64,000 nt of DNA, from assembly GCA_963708055.1 (NCBI GenBank), contig OY970193.1:5135869-5199868 (forward strand), read 5' to 3'. A program made the translations under genes and the position numbers. Positions 60,418 to 64,000 of the stretch are shown piece by piece; the first letter of the stretch is position 1; the number at the start of each line of letters is the position of its first letter. The stretch comes from an uncultured Acidobacteriota bacterium. GTDB taxonomy: Bacteria > Acidobacteriota > Blastocatellia > Pyrinomonadales > Pyrinomonadaceae. The notes under the pieces are model-generated. The model was not told the DNA's origin and made no database searches. It saw only the letters and a program-made list of their open reading frames with translations.

Positions 60418-62181
60418 ATGACTCAGTGTCAATCATGCGGCGCGCAGGTATCGCTCGGTGAGCACTTCTGCGGTAATTGCGGCGCGCAACTCCCCAGTTC
60501 CGCGGAACTGCGGATGGAGTCTGCCCCTGTAGTTGAAGAGGAACCAACGCCGCCACGTGAAGGCCGGGAATGGGCCACCACGCTCGAACCTTCAGACGAC
60601 ATCCCAGTAGAACCGGAACCATCCGTGCACGAGACTTCAGCGGACGGAACTGCTGTGGCTGAGGCGCGTGAGCCTTCCGGCAGCCTTGAAACGACGGTCG
60701 TTACTCCTGACAGTGTTGAGTCTTCCGCTCTAATCTCTTCAAACTCCCTCGGCGGTTCGTTTACCGACAACGTAGCAGTGGGCACTTCAACACCGCCAAA
60801 GGAAGGCACGACCGGCGGTAAGCGTCCGAACGTAAAACAACTCGCTTCCAACACTGTGCTGAATGGTCGCTATGAGATCGTGCGACGCATCGGTGGTGGA
60901 GGTATGGGCGCGGTTTATCTGGCTAAAGATCGGAACCTCGGCGACGCACCGCGCGCAGTGAAAGAGATGGTCGAGTCGCATCTCGATCCGACTCAGCACG
61001 AGAAAGCCATCGGCGACTTCAAACGCGAGTCGCTGTTGTTAACCTCGCTCGAGCATCCTTCAATCCCTACGATCTACGATTATTTCTACGACGAGCCCCG
61101 GTTTTATCTCGTCATGAAATATATTTCGGGTGGCGATCTGGCTTCACGCTTGCGCGCTGCGCTCGGCGGCAGAATCGATGAAAAGACGGTCACTGACTGG
61201 GGCATGCAAGTGGCCGACGTGCTCGATTACTTACACTCGCGACCAAAACCGATCATCTATCGCGATCTGAAGCCGGCGAACCTGATGATCGACGGAAACA
61301 CCGGCCGGGTGATGTTGATCGACTTCGGCATCGCGCGTTGGGTGTCGCAGCAGGAGAAAGGCGTAACCGCGGTCGGCACGATGGGATATGCGCCACCGGA
61401 ACTTTTCAGCGGACGCGTGCAGCCTGCTTCAGACGTTTACAGTTTGGGCGCGACGATGTTTCACCTGCTGACCGGTTCCGATCCGCAGGACAATCCGCTG
61501 CTGATTTTCGACTTCTCGAAGAACCCACGGCCACGCCAGATAGCTCCATCAATCTCATCCGAGATGGAGCAGATCTTGATGCGAACGGTGGAATACAAAC
61601 CCGAGGATCGTTTCCGCACGGCTGGTGAACTGCGAAACGAACTCGCGATCCATCTCGAGAAACTTTTATCAGGACGCGTTAGTTATGGTCTGCCTGCCCC
61701 GGCACTCGGCAACGAGACGGTCCAGGTCCAAACTGTTTACTGCGGTTTTTGCGGCGGCCGAATTGCTGCTGATGACGTTTTCTGTGCTCACTGTGGCGCG
61801 CGGCAGCCGCTCGCCGGTGTTGGCTCAAGCGCAATGCTGCATGCGGTGAGGCCCACGGCCAAACTCGTTGTCGCCGGAACCACGGAGCTCGACGCGTCGT
61901 TCATTCTCCAGAAGGACAGTAACCTGCTTGGTCGCACGGATCCGCATTCAAATATCTTTCCGGAGATCGATCTTTCGCGCTTTGATCCGGAGACCAAGGT
62001 TTCACGACGTCATGCGCGCATCTGGCTCGAAGGAGAAACGTTTCTCGTCGAAGATCTCGGTTCGGTAAACGGAACTGTGATCAACGACTCCGTGCGACTG
62101 GCGCCGCGCCAACCTCGCGTACTCGATAGTGGAGATAAGTTGCGAGTTGGTGAAACGACATTGCATTTTCTGGTTGGATAA
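60418..62181 (+). CDS. Ser/Thr protein kinase with N-terminal zinc ribbon, second zinc ribbon and C-terminal FHA domain
   Basis: CQSCG...CGNCG. Kinase motifs GGGGMGAVY, AVKE, YRDLKPANL, DFGIA and GTMGYAPPE. CGFCGG...CAHCG. FHA (LGR...VSRRHARI...FLVEDLGSVNGTVIN). Confidence 0.9.
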   Translation: MTQCQSCGAQVSLGEHFCGNCGAQLPSSAELRMESAPVVEEEPTPPREGREWATTLEPSDDIPVEPEPSVHETSADGTAVAEAREPSGSLETTVVTPDSVESSALISSNSLGGSFTDNVAVGTSTPPKEGTTGGKRPNVKQLASNTVLNGRYEIVRRIGGGGMGAVYLAKDRNLGDAPRAVKEMVESHLDPTQHEKAIGDFKRESLLLTSLEHPSIPTIYDYFYDEPRFYLVMKYISGGDLASRLRAALGGRIDEKTVTDWGMQVADVLDYLHSRPKPIIYRDLKPANLMIDGNTGRVMLIDFGIARWVSQQEKGVTAVGTMGYAPPELFSGRVQPASDVYSLGATMFHLLTGSDPQDNPLLIFDFSKNPRPRQIAPSISSEMEQILMRTVEYKPEDRFRTAGELRNELAIHLEKLLSGRVSYGLPAPALGNETVQVQTVYCGFCGGRIAADDVFCAHCGARQPLAGVGSSAMLHAVRPTAKLVVAGTTELDASFILQKDSNLLGRTDPHSNIFPEIDLSRFDPETKVSRRHARIWLEGETFLVEDLGSVNGTVINDSVRLAPRQPRVLDSGDKLRVGETTLHFLVG

Positions 62182-62185
62182 CGTT

Positions 62186-62270
62186 ATTGCCAATTTCCGA
62201 TTTCCTATTGCCAATTTGTTATGCCCGTTCGGTTAGAGAAATTGGCAATCGGCAATCGGAAATTGGCAAT
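62186..62270. repeat. family B hairpin downstream of the kinase gene
   Basis: tattgccaatttccgatttcctattgccaattt (62186-62217) pairs with aaattggcaatcggcaatcggaaattggcaat (62239-62270). Confidence 0.92.
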
Positions 62271-62303
62271 ATACGTTAGGTAATTTAAGCTGCTAAACAA
62301 ACG

Positions 62304-62792
62304 ATGACAGCCGCCCAAGGTTTGCCCCGGTCCCAGGCAAAAGGCCGCGCCGCTAGACATGCTGGTCAACGACTCAGAGCCCCATTCTCTCTACGCTGCG
62401 GTGCTCTGCTAATCGACTACATTGCGCTCATTTCTCTGGTGGTGTTAGGCACTCTCGTGGCGCGTATGCTCGGCGGCGGCGCGCGCACGGCTGGAAACTC
62501 CGCCGAAACTGCCGGAATCATTCTCGCCGTTTTAATGGCTCTGCTGAATCTGGTTGTGCTTCCCGGCTTCACCGGGTTGACGCTCGGTAAATGGGCCACC
62601 GGGCTGCGCATTGAACGAAACGACGGCGGAAACGTCGGCATCGGACGCGCTTTGTTGCGTCATTTCGTTGGTTATCCCCTCTCATTCGCGCTTCTGGGTC
62701 TTGGTTTTTTAATCGCTGCGGTGTCCGTGCATGGCAGAGGTTTGCACGATATTATAGCCGGCACCGTTGTTGTCCGTGAGGGTTCTATCTAG
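62304..62792 (+). CDS. RDD-family membrane protein
   Basis: 162 aa with 3 TM segments. The R..A.LIDY........ and ....GL.D.I.GT.VV patterns are typical of RDD. Confidence 0.7.
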   Translation: MTAAQGLPRSQAKGRAARHAGQRLRAPFSLRCGALLIDYIALISLVVLGTLVARMLGGGARTAGNSAETAGIILAVLMALLNLVVLPGFTGLTLGKWATGLRIERNDGGNVGIGRALLRHFVGYPLSFALLGLGFLIAAVSVHGRGLHDIIAGTVVVREGSI

Positions 62793-62830
62793 TTGAGGCT
62801 TCCGTTTGCGCCGCCTAAAATCGTCTAAAA

Positions 62831-64000
62831 ATGTCAGAGCTGATAGTTAAATACCCCGACCGCGTCCCCGACCATTTTCCACTCGGCCGGCTTCGTATAA
62901 CTATAGGCCGTTCCGCTCGGAACGATCTCTGTATTCCCGATCCATTCGCTTCGCGTGTTCACGCTGAAGTGCGCCGTGAAGGTGATGAGTACATATTGCA
63001 GGATCTCGGATCTGCAAACGGCACACTCTACAACGGTGCGACTGTCGATGGCGCCGTTCATCTCACTACCGGTGGACGCATTCAAATCGGAGAGACTGAG
63101 ATCGTCTTCGACGATGGCACGTACAACTCCAGCATGGGCGCGACGATGATCACCGACAACTCGGGAGCATCGCTGCCCGAGGCGACGATTGCCCTCGCTT
63201 CCGGCGACCGCACCACGTCAGGCCTGCTCGAAGCGATCGAAGGCGCGCGCACGCAACCGGAAGAGATTGCGTCGACTGTTACCACCGTCACTCCTAAAGC
63301 AAAACACGGCGACTTGCTGGCCCTGATCAGCAAAGTGGGTATCACGCTGCTGGCTTCAGCCACGCTCAATGAAACACTCGAACAGATCGTTTCGCTCGTG
63401 TTTGAAGCCGTGCCGGCGGATCGTTGTCTCATCATGATGCGCAACGAAGGCAGTGAAGACCTGCACGTCGCAGTTGCGCGTTTACGAGACCGCGTTGGTG
63501 AAGTCGGCGAAATTCGCGTCAGCCGTAACGTGCTTGATGAAGTGGTGATCCGTGGCAAGTCAGTGTTGACTTCCGATGCGCAACACGATCCGCGTTTCGC
63601 AAGCGGCACGATGGTGTTACAGGGCGTCAGATCGGTCCTGGCCGTTCCCCTTGGCGTTTCTGAAAAAGTGTTTGGAATCATTTATGCCGACTCGCCGATC
63701 GCTGAAGGTCGGTTCACGGAAGATCACTTGAAAGTGTTGACCACGCTCGCGTCGGTCGCGGCTATTCGCGTGGAGAATGCGCGCCTCGTTGAAGCTCGAC
63801 TCGAGCGTGAACGCCTGGAACGTGAATTGGCGTTGGCGAGTGAGATTCAACAGCGCTTTCAACCTACCGCGCCGCCACAGGTAAATGGATACGAATTACA
63901 GGGCATCAGTTTCCCCTGTTACGAAATCGGCGGCGACTACTACGACTTTATCGAGCGTGAAGATGGTCGTTTGGTGATTGCCCTTGGCGATGTCTCGGGC
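62831..64000 (+). CDS. FHA-GAF-PP2C (SpoIIE-type) phosphatase, 3'-truncated by the window edge
   Basis: Not in the supplied ORF track because there is no stop in the window. My translation from ATG 62831 is open to 64000. It gives FHA (ITIGRSARNDLCI.D...SR.HAEV......YILQDLGSANGT). GAF follows (SATLNETLEQIVSLVFEAVPADRCLIMM...). The PP2C start is SEIQQRF.P......Y.....F.PCYEIGGDYYDF...DGRLVIALGDVSG. Confidence 0.85.
   Translation, partial: MSELIVKYPDRVPDHFPLGRLRITIGRSARNDLCIPDPFASRVHAEVRREGDEYILQDLGSANGTLYNGATVDGAVHLTTGGRIQIGETEIVFDDGTYNSSMGATMITDNSGASLPEATIALASGDRTTSGLLEAIEGARTQPEEIASTVTTVTPKAKHGDLLALISKVGITLLASATLNETLEQIVSLVFEAVPADRCLIMMRNEGSEDLHVAVARLRDRVGEVGEIRVSRNVLDEVVIRGKSVLTSDAQHDPRFASGTMVLQGVRSVLAVPLGVSEKVFGIIYADSPIAEGRFTEDHLKVLTTLASVAAIRVENARLVEARLERERLERELALASEIQQRFQPTAPPQVNGYELQGISFPCYEIGGDYYDFIEREDGRLVIALGDVSG

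Overview
A 64-kb chromosomal segment with about 55 protein-coding genes. I saw no rRNA, tRNA, CRISPR array, transposase or integrase. The gene content suggests an Acidobacteriota-like bacterium, but this is inference only. It rests on a CarboxypepD_reg/TonB-receptor-like outer membrane protein, a sortilin/BNR Asp-box protein, multiplied MacB/FtsX-type permeases and the bacillithiol genes bshC and a ypdA-like gene. Housekeeping blocks are rplM-rpsI, rpsB-tsf-pyrH-frr, atpD-atpC, greA, pfkA, pdxJ, mutL, an ACT-malic enzyme, a split acyl-CoA carboxylase (BC plus BCCP), a methylmalonyl-CoA mutase catalytic subunit, rlmI and an S41 peptidase. Five things stand out. (1) A 984-aa cytoplasmic single-gene fusion (5803-8757, minus strand) joins a TIR-like domain, a helical-repeat region, a propeptide-like segment and an S8 subtilase. 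It sits directly downstream of frr and matches no named system that I know. (2) Almost every intergenic gap longer than about 60 bp is filled by a long hairpin-forming repeat. There are at least seven families. One is REPIN-like, with a GTAG tetranucleotide followed by a palindrome. One is built from 7-nt GGCAAT words, several from tandem 9-nt words, and two are singleton hairpins with 40-nt arms. Some of these repeats supply gene ends or start codons. (3) An uncharacterised three-gene envelope module (19959-24737) ends in an Omp85-like protein that carries an internally duplicated helical module. (4) An MFP-ATPase operon has four tandem FtsX permease paralogs, with hairpin repeats between the cistrons. 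(5) A Ser/Thr signalling cluster encodes three FHA-domain proteins (FHA, kinase-FHA, RDD, FHA-GAF-PP2C). All functional calls come from reading motifs by eye; no searches were run.
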